A stretch of DNA of 33,224 nucleotides from Candidatus Hydrogenedentota bacterium (GTDB lineage: Bacteria; Hydrogenedentota; Hydrogenedentia; Hydrogenedentales; SLHB01), in assembly GCA_045863335.1 (NCBI GenBank), contig BTVY01000055.1, forward strand, positions 5,188 through 38,411, given 5' to 3'. Positions 8,738-18,959 of this stretch are shown piece after piece. How positions within the stretch are numbered: position 1 is the stretch's first letter; the number at the start of each line of letters is the position of its first letter. A program made the translations under genes and the position numbers. Below the pieces are notes generated by a model, which made no database searches, had not been told where the DNA came from, and was given only the letters and a program-made list of their open reading frames with translations.

Positions 8738-9145
8738 CTAGACTTGGACCGGGGAAGGAGGATCGCGTGCGAGACCGGGGTCCCAGAAGCGGGCAGTATG
8801 AGGCGTCGGAACTTCGAGCCACGCAGGCTCGGTGAGTTGTTCCGCGATGAAGTTCAGCGTAACGGCCGGGGAGGGAGTGACGAATCCCTTGGCCAATTCG
8901 CAAAAGGCGCACTTGGTCGCGGGCGCTTTGCGGGCCGGGGCATTGGTGGAGTTCTGAGGCGGCTGGGCGAGGGAACAGCAGGAATGTGCCGCGGCGACGC
9001 TCGACTGCGCAACGGATTGCTGCGGCGCCTCAACGGCCGCCAGCGTCGCGCACAGTCCAGGGACCAGTGCGCGGCACGAAGCCAGCACGTAAAAGCAGAC
9101 GAGCAGCCGCGCGACAGGGCGCGTCAATGCACGGGAACGAAACAC
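8738..9145 (-). CDS. DUF2946/CruR/CutF-like leader protein with CxxC and a C-terminal RAPP-like (ARDPP) motif
   Basis: GTG start after GAGGAAAC. N-terminal basic plus hydrophobic segment, HSCC, Pro/Ala-rich linker, CAFC (8900-8911), and ARDPP ending five codons before the stop. Confidence 0.75.
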   Translation of the reverse strand: MFRSRALTRPVARLLVCFYVLASCRALVPGLCATLAAVEAPQQSVAQSSVAAAHSCCSLAQPPQNSTNAPARKAPATKCAFCELAKGFVTPSPAVTLNFIAEQLTEPAWLEVPTPHTARFWDPGLARDPPSPVQV

Positions 9146-9287
9146 GCCGTTTCCTCAGGTAGGGGGATTCAGTAACCCTGCAAGACCGGGAAACGCCCGA
9201 GCGGTGCAAAACAATCCCTCGGGCCACCAGGAAAGGCGAAAGCTTACCACGCGGATCGGGTTTTGCGCAAATGAACCACGGACAGCA

Positions 9288-9316
9288 TTGGCCCGCCGTA
9301 TGGACCGTGCTACAAT
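9288..9316 (+). promoter_or_regulatory. Sigma-70-type promoter for the GT2 gene
   Basis: TTGGCC-17 nt-TACAAT, with TG of an extended -10. Confidence 0.5.
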
Positions 9317-9343
9317 GTTGCGAGTCAGGCAGTTGGATGGCCC

Positions 9344-10267
9344 ATGAAGATCACATTCGTCATTCCCGTCTACAACGAGCGCGAGACTCTGGAACCCCTC
9401 GTGGAAGGGATCACGGAGCACGTCGCGCCGCACGAACACCGCATCCTCTTCGTCGACGACGGCAGCACCGATGGCTCCTACGAGGCCATGCAGGCGTTGC
9501 GGGAACGCTTTGGGACGGTGGAAATTATCCGGTTGCGGGGGAACTTCGGGAAGTCCGCGGCGCTCGCGGCGGGCTTCGCCCATGCCGACGGCGACCTCGT
9601 CTTCACCATGGACTCCGATCTCCAGGACGAGCCGAAAGAGATCCCGCGCTTTCTGGAAAAGCTCGACGAGGGATACGACGTGGTGTGCGGATGGAAAGCC
9701 GTGCGCCACGATCCCGCGCACAAGACCGTCCCCTCCCGTATCTACAACGGATTCGTTTCGTGGCTCTTTGATGTGCCCCTGCACGACGTGAACTGCGGGT
9801 TCAAGGTCTTCCGGCTCGAGGTCGTCAAACGCATTCAAGTCTACGGTGAGATGCACCGCCTCATCCCCGTCATCGCACACAGCATGAACTTCCGCGTGGC
9901 CGAAATCCCCGTCGAACACCACCGGCGCCGCTACGGGAAGTCCAAGTATGGATTCGAACGCTTTTCCCGGGGTGCCTTGGATGTGCTGACCATGTGGTTC
10001 CTCAGCCGTTACCGCCACGCGCCGGGCCACTTCTTCGGCAAGCTCGGCGGATTTCAGTTTTTGGTGGGCGGCATCGCCCTGTTCGCGGGACTCGTGGAGT
10101 GGGTTCGAGGCGAGGCGCAGACCAGCGGGGTCATCATGGTGACGGGCGGCGTTATTCTGTGTGCGACCGGCGCGCTGACCGTCAGCCTGGGATTGCTCGC
10201 GGAGTTGGTGCTGCGCCACTTCGTGCGAATCGACCCGAAGTTCTACGAGGCGGAACCCGGGCAATAA
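9344..10267 (+). CDS. GT2 polyprenol-phosphate glycosyltransferase (ArnC/GtrB/DPM1-like) with two C-terminal TM helices
   Basis: FVIPVYNE, FVDDGSTDGS, RGNFGKSAALAAGF, TMDSDLQDEP, LHDVNCGFK, GEMHRLIP, RRYGKSKYG. Confidence 0.92.
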   Translation: MKITFVIPVYNERETLEPLVEGITEHVAPHEHRILFVDDGSTDGSYEAMQALRERFGTVEIIRLRGNFGKSAALAAGFAHADGDLVFTMDSDLQDEPKEIPRFLEKLDEGYDVVCGWKAVRHDPAHKTVPSRIYNGFVSWLFDVPLHDVNCGFKVFRLEVVKRIQVYGEMHRLIPVIAHSMNFRVAEIPVEHHRRRYGKSKYGFERFSRGALDVLTMWFLSRYRHAPGHFFGKLGGFQFLVGGIALFAGLVEWVRGEAQTSGVIMVTGGVILCATGALTVSLGLLAELVLRHFVRIDPKFYEAEPGQ

Positions 10268-10315
10268 GACGGCGTCTGTCGATGCCCCGCATCACGGGGG
10301 CGCGGCTTTCCGCTA

Positions 10316-10744
10316 TCAACTACCGGCCGATTCCTTGCCGTCGTCGTGGTCTTCCCACCAATCGTCGCGCGACAGCGCGTTCCAATAGGCTTGCTCGAAA
10401 ATGAGCGAGAACTTGCGCAAACTGAAGGGCTTTGAGATGTAGCCGTCGGCGCCCGCGCGCAAGGCCGCGGACAAGGGATGGGCCTCCTCGTATCCGGTCA
10501 TGAGAATGATTCCGATACGGGGATAGCTGGCGCGGATTTGTCGCAGCAACTCAAACCCGTTTATCCCCGCCATTTCGATGTCGCTGATGACGAGATCAAA
10601 CTCCTCACGCTCGATGGCTTCCAGGGCCTGTTGACCGTTCGCCGCGGAATGCACCGTGTAACCCTTGGTGTCGAGAAAGGCGGAAAGAACTTCCACGATG
10701 GTTGGATCGTCGTCAACGACCAATACGCGCAGATGTCTAATCAT
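10316..10744 (-). CDS. Stand-alone response regulator receiver protein
   Basis: VLVVDDD, ISDIEM (phospho-acceptor Asp), MTGY, ISKPF. Start at ATG 10744 after GGGAG. Confidence 0.9.
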   Translation of the reverse strand: MIRHLRVLVVDDDPTIVEVLSAFLDTKGYTVHSAANGQQALEAIEREEFDLVISDIEMAGINGFELLRQIRASYPRIGIILMTGYEEAHPLSAALRAGADGYISKPFSLRKFSLIFEQAYWNALSRDDWWEDHDDGKESAGS

Positions 10745-10892
10745 TGCGCTCCCGTAAAGATTACCCCGAAAAGAAGCTACCCAAGCCAGCCCGTCGCGCA
10801 TCGTTTCCCACGACAGGCGAGACGTCCATTATACAGACTGGCCGGGCTCATGCAACGCGAGCGGTGGGCTATCTTCATGATACACTGACGCG

Positions 10893-13800
10893 ATGGCATC
10901 TTCTGACGACAACGATCTGACGATTCCGAAGCGCGGGCGCCGCTGGCCCTGGGTGCTGGGCGGCTTTGTCATTCTGATCGCCGGCGGCTGGTTTATGGTT
11001 GAACGGTATGTCCAACCGGAACGGTACCGCCCAATGCTCGTCGAACGCATCGAGCGCGCCACGGGCTTGCCGGTCCAAGTAGGAGAAATCGATCTGACGC
11101 TGTTGCCAGTGCCGTCGGCCCATGTGCGCAAGGTGTCCGTGGGCGATGGGGACTTTCGGGTCGTCTGCGAAGACGTGGTGGTATATCCCCGGCTCCAAAG
11201 TCTGGGGCGCGGCGAATTCGAGATCAGCGAGGTTTGGCTGGAAGGCGTCGTGGCCACGCTACCCGCCGACTTGGCGGAGGCGCGGAAGCGGATCGTGGAC
11301 TTCGCCGACGCGGTGTCCGATCGCGCGAGCGACACGGGCCAGGAGCGAGGCGCGCGCCGTTTCACCGTGCGCAGCATATCTGCCGAGGAGGCGCGCGTGT
11401 ACCTGGGAACAGGAACGGACCATGCGTTGGAATGCGACATCACGATCGACGACGTGCTGTCCGGCACCATCGCAATCCGGGGCGAAGGGTATGCGCCGTA
11501 CCTTGGCGGCGAAGCGCGGTTCGAGGGCGACGTGGCCGTCATGCGCACGGGCGATCCCGATATGGGCATCGACGTGCAGGGGAACCTGGCGTTGTTTGAC
11601 GTGGACAGCACGACGCTCGTGAAGACGCGCAACATCCCCAGTGGAGCAATGAACGTGGAGGCCACCTTCGGGCGCACGGGCGCGCGATCGTATTACGCCA
11701 GCCTAAGTGGTCACGCCGCGCCCTATCCGTTCGACGGAGTCGACGTGGACGCACTCGAAGGCGAATTCACCGCGCAAGCGTTTTGGGATTCGGGCACCGT
11801 CACAATCAACGATTTTCTGTGGCAATCCGACGCAATCGCGCTTCGCGGCGATCTGTCGGTCCCGGCCGACGGTCCGCTCGCAGCGGAGATCGTGCAGATC
11901 CAGGTCGATGACGTGGGGTTGAACAGCATGTTTGCCTACCGGCCCGACCTGCCCATCCGCCTGAACGCGGCGGCCGGCGGCATGTTGGCTGGGCAGGACG
12001 TGCTGTTCGGGTTGACGGAAGAGAAGTACATACGGCTCGTGCAAGGCAGCGCGCGATTCGAAAAACTCGAGGTTGCTACCGCTTCCGGTGATACGGCCTT
12101 TGCGAACGTTTCGTGCAACGTGACTTTTGACGAAGGCGTGATCCACGTCGAACGCGTCGATGCGGATGGAATTTCGCTGACCGGCGAAGTAAGGCCGGAT
12201 TTCTCCACGGGCGTTACGGCCATCGATGTGTCCGGCCAGATGGACCTGTCGCGCGAGCGCCTGTTGAGTTTGGTGGACCTCCCCCAGATTGCGGAAGCGT
12301 CGGGGCGGCTCGACCTGACACGCGTGACGGCAACCATTGTGCCGGGGGAAGGCATGCCCGCCGATCTGGTCGTCGAGGGTAGCGTCACCAATGGCGTCTT
12401 GGCCATCGAAACCGATGCATGGTCGGACCGTTTCGCATCGTTGTCCGCCAACTTTACCGCTCAACCCGGCGAGATCCGGACCGTTGCGAATGCCACGTCA
12501 CAGAAACTCGGCACGACCAGCGTGGACGGCCGATATGTGCTCGACGATCGGGAATGGCAGGGAACCGCGCAGGGCGACCTGTCGAAAATGGATCTGCCAT
12601 TTCTGAAGCAGGAGTCCGCCAGGGAAGTCGCGCCGGGCATTGTTGCCGCATACGGACCTTCCGCCTTTGCAATTGCGCTGCAACTCCCGGGGCCAGAGCG
12701 ACCGCGAGCTGCGGTGGCGTTTGACCGGGAAGGTGCGCCGGAATTGGCCGGCACCGTGGCTTGGCGCAAGACCGGCGACGCGTGGGCCCTCGACGACGTG
12801 CTGGTGGATGCGACCATTCCGGGCGAAACGCTGCATCCGATACTGCCGGAAGGCACAACCGCTTCCGGCGACGTGGGCATTCACTTCACGCGGTTGGCGT
12901 CGGACTCCGCCTTCGACGCGGCGATCGAACTCACGCCCACGATGTTGACGTTCGGAGACCTCATCCGAAAAGACGCGGGAGTCGTGGCGGCTGTGCGCGT
13001 TCGCGGAGAAGCATCGAAAACGATCTGGCGAGGAGAAACGATAAGCATCGAGTGCCTGGGTGAATCGGTCGCTGGCCGGTTTGAAGACGAGCGGTTCATT
13101 ATCGATCCCCTGGACGTGAACCTGGCGACACTGGCGCCGCTCCTCGCGCGCGGCGGTGAAACGCGTGGACGCGTGACGGGCCGAATCGCAACCAATCCCA
13201 CGGAGCTGAATCTGACCTTGACCGAGTGCGGAGCCGCGCTGAGTCCGGACCTGACCATCAACACGATCGAGGGCAGCGTCCAGGTCGGCCCCGATACTGT
13301 GCGGCTCGACAATCTCGCTGTTGCCGGCGCGAATTCGAATTGCGTCGTGACGGCACAAAAGGCGGGCGGCGCTTGGTCGGGAAGCGTGACGGGGCAGCAG
13401 CTCGACATCAACGGAGTCACATCGTTCATTGAAGCAATTCGTGCCTATCGCGGCGAGTCTGAGGAAACTGCCGCGACACCAAGCGCGCAGACCGAGCCTG
13501 AAGATCCGTTTAACGGATCGTTCTCGGCCAAGCTCAACACGTTGTTGTACCGGCAAGCGCGGTTCGAAAACGCATCCGCAACCGTGGCCGTGCGAAACGG
13601 ACAATTGATCGTATCCGATCTTTACCTCGCGCGCGACGGCGGCACAATTGCCGGCGCCTTCGCAACCGACGGCGGCAAACCCGTCGGCCGATTCCGGACG
13701 GATTTGGTGGTGACCAATGTGCCCGCGCAGGTGATCGACGAGTTGGCATTTGTCGAGCCCCGGGGCTTGCAGGGAAATCTCAACGGGACGGTTGCCCTCG

Positions 13801-14381
13801 ACATGCCGACAGGCGAAGGCATCAATCCGACACACGGGTTCAACGGCAACATCGCGTTCACTGGCGAGAACGGTTCCTTCGGAAAGCTCGGCATCGCGAC
13901 GCAAATCTTGGCGGTGCTGCGCACGACAGAGATCACGCGGCTGCGCATGCCCGCGCTCCGTGACGAAGGCCTCACCTATGACTCGTGCCAGGCGCGTGTT
14001 TCGGCGGTGAACGGCCTCATGACGATTGAGGCCATGGAGATCCGAACCCCCACCTATCTCATCACCGCCCAGGGAACGATTGATTTCCCTGCGAACGACA
14101 CCGAACTGTTAGTACACGTAAACTTGTTGGAAGGGGTACTCAGCGCGGGCGACCTCGTGCCCGGCGTCCGGGAACTCGCAGACCAACTCCGCGCCGCGGG
14201 CGGCATGCGAATCCTCGTTACGGGGCCCCCGGAAAACCCGTCCACCCGCTACGGGTTCGGCCCGCCTATTGTCGGAGGCGTCACGGATGAAGTACTCAAT
14301 ACGCTCAAGTCGACCACGGATATCGTGAGAGAGCAAATCTTCGATCGGGCCGGCGATGCTTTACGAAATATCCTGAAATAA
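10893..14381 (+). CDS. AsmA-like / YhdP-TamB superfamily protein (1162 aa)
   Basis: Single N-terminal TM followed by IERATGLPVQVGEI. Long beta-rich body. AsmA_2-like C-terminus (ITAQGTIDF, ILVTGPPENP). Confidence 0.8.
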   Translation: MASSDDNDLTIPKRGRRWPWVLGGFVILIAGGWFMVERYVQPERYRPMLVERIERATGLPVQVGEIDLTLLPVPSAHVRKVSVGDGDFRVVCEDVVVYPRLQSLGRGEFEISEVWLEGVVATLPADLAEARKRIVDFADAVSDRASDTGQERGARRFTVRSISAEEARVYLGTGTDHALECDITIDDVLSGTIAIRGEGYAPYLGGEARFEGDVAVMRTGDPDMGIDVQGNLALFDVDSTTLVKTRNIPSGAMNVEATFGRTGARSYYASLSGHAAPYPFDGVDVDALEGEFTAQAFWDSGTVTINDFLWQSDAIALRGDLSVPADGPLAAEIVQIQVDDVGLNSMFAYRPDLPIRLNAAAGGMLAGQDVLFGLTEEKYIRLVQGSARFEKLEVATASGDTAFANVSCNVTFDEGVIHVERVDADGISLTGEVRPDFSTGVTAIDVSGQMDLSRERLLSLVDLPQIAEASGRLDLTRVTATIVPGEGMPADLVVEGSVTNGVLAIETDAWSDRFASLSANFTAQPGEIRTVANATSQKLGTTSVDGRYVLDDREWQGTAQGDLSKMDLPFLKQESAREVAPGIVAAYGPSAFAIALQLPGPERPRAAVAFDREGAPELAGTVAWRKTGDAWALDDVLVDATIPGETLHPILPEGTTASGDVGIHFTRLASDSAFDAAIELTPTMLTFGDLIRKDAGVVAAVRVRGEASKTIWRGETISIECLGESVAGRFEDERFIIDPLDVNLATLAPLLARGGETRGRVTGRIATNPTELNLTLTECGAALSPDLTINTIEGSVQVGPDTVRLDNLAVAGANSNCVVTAQKAGGAWSGSVTGQQLDINGVTSFIEAIRAYRGESEETAATPSAQTEPEDPFNGSFSAKLNTLLYRQARFENASATVAVRNGQLIVSDLYLARDGGTIAGAFATDGGKPVGRFRTDLVVTNVPAQVIDELAFVEPRGLQGNLNGTVALDMPTGEGINPTHGFNGNIAFTGENGSFGKLGIATQILAVLRTTEITRLRMPALRDEGLTYDSCQARVSAVNGLMTIEAMEIRTPTYLITAQGTIDFPANDTELLVHVNLLEGVLSAGDLVPGVRELADQLRAAGGMRILVTGPPENPSTRYGFGPPIVGGVTDEVLNTLKSTTDIVREQIFDRAGDALRNILK

Positions 14382-14465
14382 CGGCGTGTTTCGCGTTTGA
14401 GCAGTCAGATTTGCTATCATTGCTCTCTGGTGTTTTCCCAATGATTGGAAAGAAGGAATGCCCCT

Positions 14466-15392
14466 GTGAGCGTTCAGGCGCCGCCCGGGCCACCCCGGGT
14501 ACAGATTCAGACACAGGCCGGATGTAACGGCCGCTGCGTATTTTGTCCGAACGAGGAAGTGCTCGGCAGCGACCTCGAACATGGCCGCATGCCCGCGGAG
14601 TTGTTCCACAAGATTGTGGACGATCTCACGCGCACGCCGCCGCGCCGCCTCGGCTTGTACATGATGAACGAGCCCTTGTCGGACAAGCGGATGCCCGAGT
14701 TCACGGCGTACGTCACGGAGAAGCTGCCCGAGACGAAGTCGCAGATCATCACCAACGGCACCTACCTGACCAAGGAGCGCGGCGAAGCGCTTATCGACGC
14801 CGGCCTGAAACAGCTCAAGTGCAGCCTGCAGTCTCTCGATCCCCAGATCAACAAAGAAATCATGGGGTACGAAAGCACGAAGGTCATCGAAAACTGCATC
14901 ACTTTTCAGGAAACGATCCGGCGCAAACGCGCCAAGATCGATTTCCGCGTTTCCATGGTCGTGACGAAGAAGAATGTCGCCGACATCGACCGCACGCGCA
15001 AGTTCTGGAAGAAGCACGGCGTCCGGTTGGTCACGTCGGCCCTCGAGAACCGCGGCGGCAACATCAAGGACGCCGCGGAACTCAACGTAGGCGCCATGAA
15101 ATCCATGGGCGATTGCATCCGGCCTTCGCGGGACATGATGATCCTCTTCAACGGCCAGGTGCCCCTGTGCTGCGTGGATTGGCTCCGCACGACCATCCTC
15201 GGCGATGTCTCAACGCAGTCCGTCCAGGAAGTGTGGCACAGCCAGCGCGTCCAGGAAATCCGCGACGGACTCCACGAAGGCAACGCGAAGAAACTCCCCG
15301 AGATCTGCATCAACTGCGGCGAAAGCGCCTGCCCTGACCAGCACCGCCGCGGCATCAAAGGAATCCTCAGCCGAATCGCCGCGGCGCTGTGA
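14466..15392 (+). CDS. Radical SAM protein with a C-terminal SPASM/twitch domain
   Basis: CNGRCVFC (CxxxCxxC), NEPL, ITNGTYL. Auxiliary Cys pattern C..P...NGQVPLCC...LGD...C.NC. GTG 14466 follows AAGGA; the ORF track starts at 14445. Confidence 0.9.
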   Translation: MSVQAPPGPPRVQIQTQAGCNGRCVFCPNEEVLGSDLEHGRMPAELFHKIVDDLTRTPPRRLGLYMMNEPLSDKRMPEFTAYVTEKLPETKSQIITNGTYLTKERGEALIDAGLKQLKCSLQSLDPQINKEIMGYESTKVIENCITFQETIRRKRAKIDFRVSMVVTKKNVADIDRTRKFWKKHGVRLVTSALENRGGNIKDAAELNVGAMKSMGDCIRPSRDMMILFNGQVPLCCVDWLRTTILGDVSTQSVQEVWHSQRVQEIRDGLHEGNAKKLPEICINCGESACPDQHRRGIKGILSRIAAAL

Positions 15393-15401
15393 GCCTGGAA
15401 T

Positions 15402-15523
15402 GACCCAAGGACCGAAACGACCTAAAGGACCAAAAGCGGCCTGTTGCAGAAGACGACGTGGGACCCGAGAAGCGGCTGCAGCTTGAATAGTCCTTGGTGT
15501 ACCTGCTGTCTCTGTTGTCCCTG
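15402..15523. repeat. Inverted pair of degenerate 9-mer tandem arrays (GAC.../...GTC)
   Basis: GAC at 15402, 15410, 15419, 15428. GTC/GTA at 15490, 15499, 15508, 15517 (GTCCTTGGT GTACCTGCT GTCTCTGTT GTCCCTG). Confidence 0.7.
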
Positions 15524-15543
15524 AACTTCTTGCCGAGCCTCAA

Positions 15544-15576
15544 CAATCCGAAGTCCGCAATCCGAAGTCCGCAATC
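15544..15576. repeat. Heptamer tandem repeat (CAATCCG/AAGTCCG)
   Basis: CAATCCG AAGTCCG CAATCCG AAGTCCG CAATC, directly after the guaA stop. Confidence 0.85.
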
Positions 15577-15577
15577 A

Positions 15578-17122
15578 CTACTCCCACTCGATGGTGCCGG
15601 GGGGTTTGCTCGTGACGTCGTAGAGGACGCGGTTGATGTGTTTGACCTCATTGCAGATGCGGTTGGAGATGCGTTGCAGCACCTCCGGCGGGAAACGGAA
15701 CCAGTCCGCGGTCATGGCGTCTTCGGAGGTGACAGCGCGGAGCGAGCAAACTTCTTCATAGGTGCGCTCGTCGCCTTGCACGCCTACGCTGCGGACCGGC
15801 AACAGGCAAACCAAGGCCTGCCAGATGTCGCTGTAGAGTCCGGCTTTGGTGATCTCTTCGATGAATATGGCGTCGGCGTCGCGCAGGGTGTCAAGACGTT
15901 CCTTCGTGACCGCGCCGACACAACGCACGCCGAGCCCCGGGCCTGGGAAAGGATGACGCCAAACGATCTCGTCGGGCAATCCCAACTCTTTGCCTAGGGC
16001 GCGGACTTCGTCTTTGAACAACTCGCGCAGAGGTTCGACAAGTTTCAGGTTCATGTGTTCCGGCAGGCCGCCGACGTTGTGATGGCTCTTGATTGTGACG
16101 GATGGGCCGCCGGTGGCGGAGACGCTTTCGATCACATCGGGATACAAAGTGCCCTGAGCGAGGAACTCGACGCCTGTGAGGCGCGTGGCCTCCTCTTCGA
16201 AAACCTCAATAAACAGCTTGCCGATGATCTTCCGCTTGTCTTCCGGGTCCGTCACGCCGGCTAGCGCGGTCAGGAAACGATCCTCCGCGTCGATGTAGTG
16301 GAGGTCGACGTGGAAGTTGTCGCGGAACACTTTCTGCACGAGGTCCGCCTCGCCCTTCCGCAATAGCCCGTTATTCACGAAGATGCACGCGAGCCGGTCG
16401 CCGATGGCCTTATGAATCAGGGCCGCTGCAACGCTGCTGTCCACCCCGCCGCTCAGGCCGCAGACGACGCGCCCGTCGCCGACCTGCGCGCGCACGGCTT
16501 CCACGGCCGCATCGAGATAGGAACCCATGTCCCAGTCTGACGGGCATCCGCAGACCTTGTGCACGAAGTTCGACAACAGTTTCGTGCCTTGCGGCGTGTG
16601 GACGACTTCGGGGTGAAATTGGACGCCGTAGAACTTGCGTTCCGGATCGGCGATGGCCGCGAAAGAGCAATTCTCTGTCGTGCCGATGGTCGTGAACCCG
16701 GTGGGTAATTGCGTGATCGTGTCGCCATGGCTCATCCACACCTGCGTGCGCGCATCCATTCCGTCGAGGAATCCCGTGCCGTCGGTGTGTTCGAGATGGG
16801 CAATGCCGTATTCGCGTTTCGCCGCCCGTTCGACCTTGCCGCCGAGCATGTCCGCGAAGAGTTGCGTGCCGTAGCAGATGCCGAGGACCGGCACGCCCAA
16901 GGCGTAGACGCCGGGGTCCGGTTTCGGCGCGCCGTTCACGTGGACGCTGGCCGGGCCGCCGCTGAAGATGATGCCGGCGGGCTGCTGCGCTTTGATTTCG
17001 TCGAGCGGCGTGTTGAAGGGCATGATGAGGCTGAACACGTTCGCCTCGCGCACGCGGCGCGCGATCAACTTGCTGTACTGAGCGCCGAAATCGAGGACGA
17101 TGATGGGTTTGCTGTGTTGCAT
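15578..17122 (-). CDS. guaA: GMP synthase (glutamine-hydrolysing)
   Basis: [62 protein letters not shown]. Confidence 0.98.
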   Translation of the reverse strand: MQHSKPIIVLDFGAQYSKLIARRVREANVFSLIMPFNTPLDEIKAQQPAGIIFSGGPASVHVNGAPKPDPGVYALGVPVLGICYGTQLFADMLGGKVERAAKREYGIAHLEHTDGTGFLDGMDARTQVWMSHGDTITQLPTGFTTIGTTENCSFAAIADPERKFYGVQFHPEVVHTPQGTKLLSNFVHKVCGCPSDWDMGSYLDAAVEAVRAQVGDGRVVCGLSGGVDSSVAAALIHKAIGDRLACIFVNNGLLRKGEADLVQKVFRDNFHVDLHYIDAEDRFLTALAGVTDPEDKRKIIGKLFIEVFEEEATRLTGVEFLAQGTLYPDVIESVSATGGPSVTIKSHHNVGGLPEHMNLKLVEPLRELFKDEVRALGKELGLPDEIVWRHPFPGPGLGVRCVGAVTKERLDTLRDADAIFIEEITKAGLYSDIWQALVCLLPVRSVGVQGDERTYEEVCSLRAVTSEDAMTADWFRFPPEVLQRISNRICNEVKHINRVLYDVTSKPPGTIEWE

Positions 17123-17150
17123 GCTGTGTCTCGCGGTGAGGAGGGCTCGA

Positions 17151-18659
17151 TCAGGTCTCCGGCGAAATGTCGCTTTCCTTCAGTTCCACGTCGTGGGCGC
17201 CGCCTTCGCGGATGCCGATGGCGGAGACGAGGGTGATCCGGGCGGTCCGGTGCAATTCGGGGATCGAGAGGGACCCGCAGTTGCACATGGTCGATTTGAC
17301 CTTGCCCACGGTCATGTCGAGGTTGTCCTTGAGGCGGCCGGCGTAGGGCACGTAGGCGTCGACGCCTTCCTCGAAGGTCAGCTTCGAATCGCCGCCCACG
17401 TCGTAGCGCTGCCAGTTGCGCGCGCGGTCCGACCCTTCCCCCCAGTACTCTTTCATGTAGTTGCCGCGGACGCGCAAGCGGCGGCCGGGGCTTTCATCGA
17501 AGCGCGCAAAGTAGCGGCCCTGCATGACAAAATCGGAACCCATGGCCAGGGCCAGCACGACATGGTAATCCAGCACGATCCCGCCGTCGGAACAGATGGG
17601 CACGTACACGCCGGTCTCTTCGAAATACTTGTCCCGCGCCTTGGCCACCTCAATCACTGACGTGGCCTGCCCGCGGCCAATTCCCTTTTGCTCGCGCGTG
17701 ATGCAGATGGAGGCGGGGCCGATGCCGACCTTGATAAAGTCCGCGCCCGCTTCCACGAGATAGCGGAAGCCTTCCTCTTCGACCACGTTGCCGCCGCCGA
17801 TCTTGACGCCGTCGCCGTAGGTGTCCTTCACCCAGCGAATGGTGTCGTACTGCCATTCCGAGAACCCGTCGGAGGAATCCACGCAAAGCACGTCGACCCC
17901 CGCGTCCACGAGAGCCGGCACGCGTTCCCGGTAGTCGCGCGAATTGATGCCCGCGCCGACGACCAGCCGCTTCTCCGCGTCGACCAGTTCGTCCGGGTTC
18001 TCCTTGTGTTCGTCGTAGTCCTTGCGGAAAACGAGATAACGAAGCTGCTGCTGCTCGTTGATGATGGGCAGGCAGTTCAGCTTGTGTTCCCAGATGATCT
18101 CGTTGGCCTCGCTGAGGGAGACGCCTTCCACGCCGTAGACCAGCTTGTCGAAAGGCGTCATGAAATCTTTGATCGGCGCCTTCCGGCCCGCTTTGTTGAT
18201 GCGGTAATCGCGGCTCGTCAGGATGCCGAGCAACTTGCCGTTGGCGGACCCGTCTTCGGTGATCGGGATCGTCGAATGCCCTGTCCGCTCGATGAGATCC
18301 ATCACGTCGCCAAGAGTTTGGTCGGGCCGCAGGTTCGCATCGCTGGGGACAAACCCCGCCTTGAACTTCTTCACCCGGCGCACCATGTCCGCCTGGGATT
18401 CGATGGGCTGGGACCCGAAGATGAACGAGATGCCGCCGCACCGCGCGAGGGCGATGGCCATCGTATCGTTCGACACGGACTGCATGATGGCGGAGGCGAA
18501 GGGAATGTTCAGGTAAACCGCCGCCTCTTCGCCTTTCTTGTATTTGACGAGCGGCGTGCGCAGGCTGACGTTCGACGGGAAGCATTCCTTCGTCGTCCGA
18601 TTCGGAATCAGCAGGTATTCGCTGAACGTGCGCGAGGGCTCGTTATAATACGTGGCCAC
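17151..18659 (-). CDS. guaB: IMP dehydrogenase with CBS domains
   Basis: [26 protein letters not shown] (catalytic Cys loop), CSDGGI, YWGEGS, EEGV. Upstream of guaA. Confidence 0.96.
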   Translation of the reverse strand: MATYYNEPSRTFSEYLLIPNRTTKECFPSNVSLRTPLVKYKKGEEAAVYLNIPFASAIMQSVSNDTMAIALARCGGISFIFGSQPIESQADMVRRVKKFKAGFVPSDANLRPDQTLGDVMDLIERTGHSTIPITEDGSANGKLLGILTSRDYRINKAGRKAPIKDFMTPFDKLVYGVEGVSLSEANEIIWEHKLNCLPIINEQQQLRYLVFRKDYDEHKENPDELVDAEKRLVVGAGINSRDYRERVPALVDAGVDVLCVDSSDGFSEWQYDTIRWVKDTYGDGVKIGGGNVVEEEGFRYLVEAGADFIKVGIGPASICITREQKGIGRGQATSVIEVAKARDKYFEETGVYVPICSDGGIVLDYHVVLALAMGSDFVMQGRYFARFDESPGRRLRVRGNYMKEYWGEGSDRARNWQRYDVGGDSKLTFEEGVDAYVPYAGRLKDNLDMTVGKVKSTMCNCGSLSIPELHRTARITLVSAIGIREGGAHDVELKESDISPET

Positions 18660-18806
18660 GGGCGCGCTCCTCTTCTGAGCCGCACGGCGCGGCCCCGCTG
18701 CTGGATAGATCGAGACTCCTTCGATGGTTCGCGGTCATGGGGTACTCGCCGGTTCGGGAACAACTTCCAAATCCCCAAGGAACAAAGGGTTCCCCAGGAA
18801 TCGTGT

Positions 18807-18835
18807 ATTATAAGATCGGCCGTAGGAGCAGTCAA
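18807..18835 (-). promoter_or_regulatory. Sigma-70 promoter for guaBA
   Basis: Minus strand TTGACT-17 nt-TATAAT. Confidence 0.75.
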
Positions 18836-18959
18836 ATTGGCGGTTAACGCGCGGCCCGTATGCCGGCCCGTTTGTGCACTGAAACGACGGGTAATTGTGA
18901 TAGGAAGCGCAGCGCTCGTGGCAACCCTTGGGATGGGGCGAGTCGGAGGAATTCCTTCC

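Noticed and set aside
8556-8912. N-terminal extension of the DUF1559 ORF (426 aa)
   Set aside because: The prepilin signal and RBS define a start at 8555/8564. The extension overlaps the leader ORF in another frame and looks non-coding.
10283-10310. Hairpin between the convergent GT2 and receiver genes
   Set aside because: Short imperfect stem without a clear U-tract; too weak to call a terminator.
14466-15577. RiPP cluster around the radical SAM-SPASM gene
   Set aside because: No credible precursor, protease or exporter. The short downstream ORFs are translations of the 9-mer and 7-mer repeats.
17688-18959. 5' extension making a 609-aa ORF
   Set aside because: Mostly antisense to guaB. 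The real gene begins at ATG 18960 with a GGAGG RBS.
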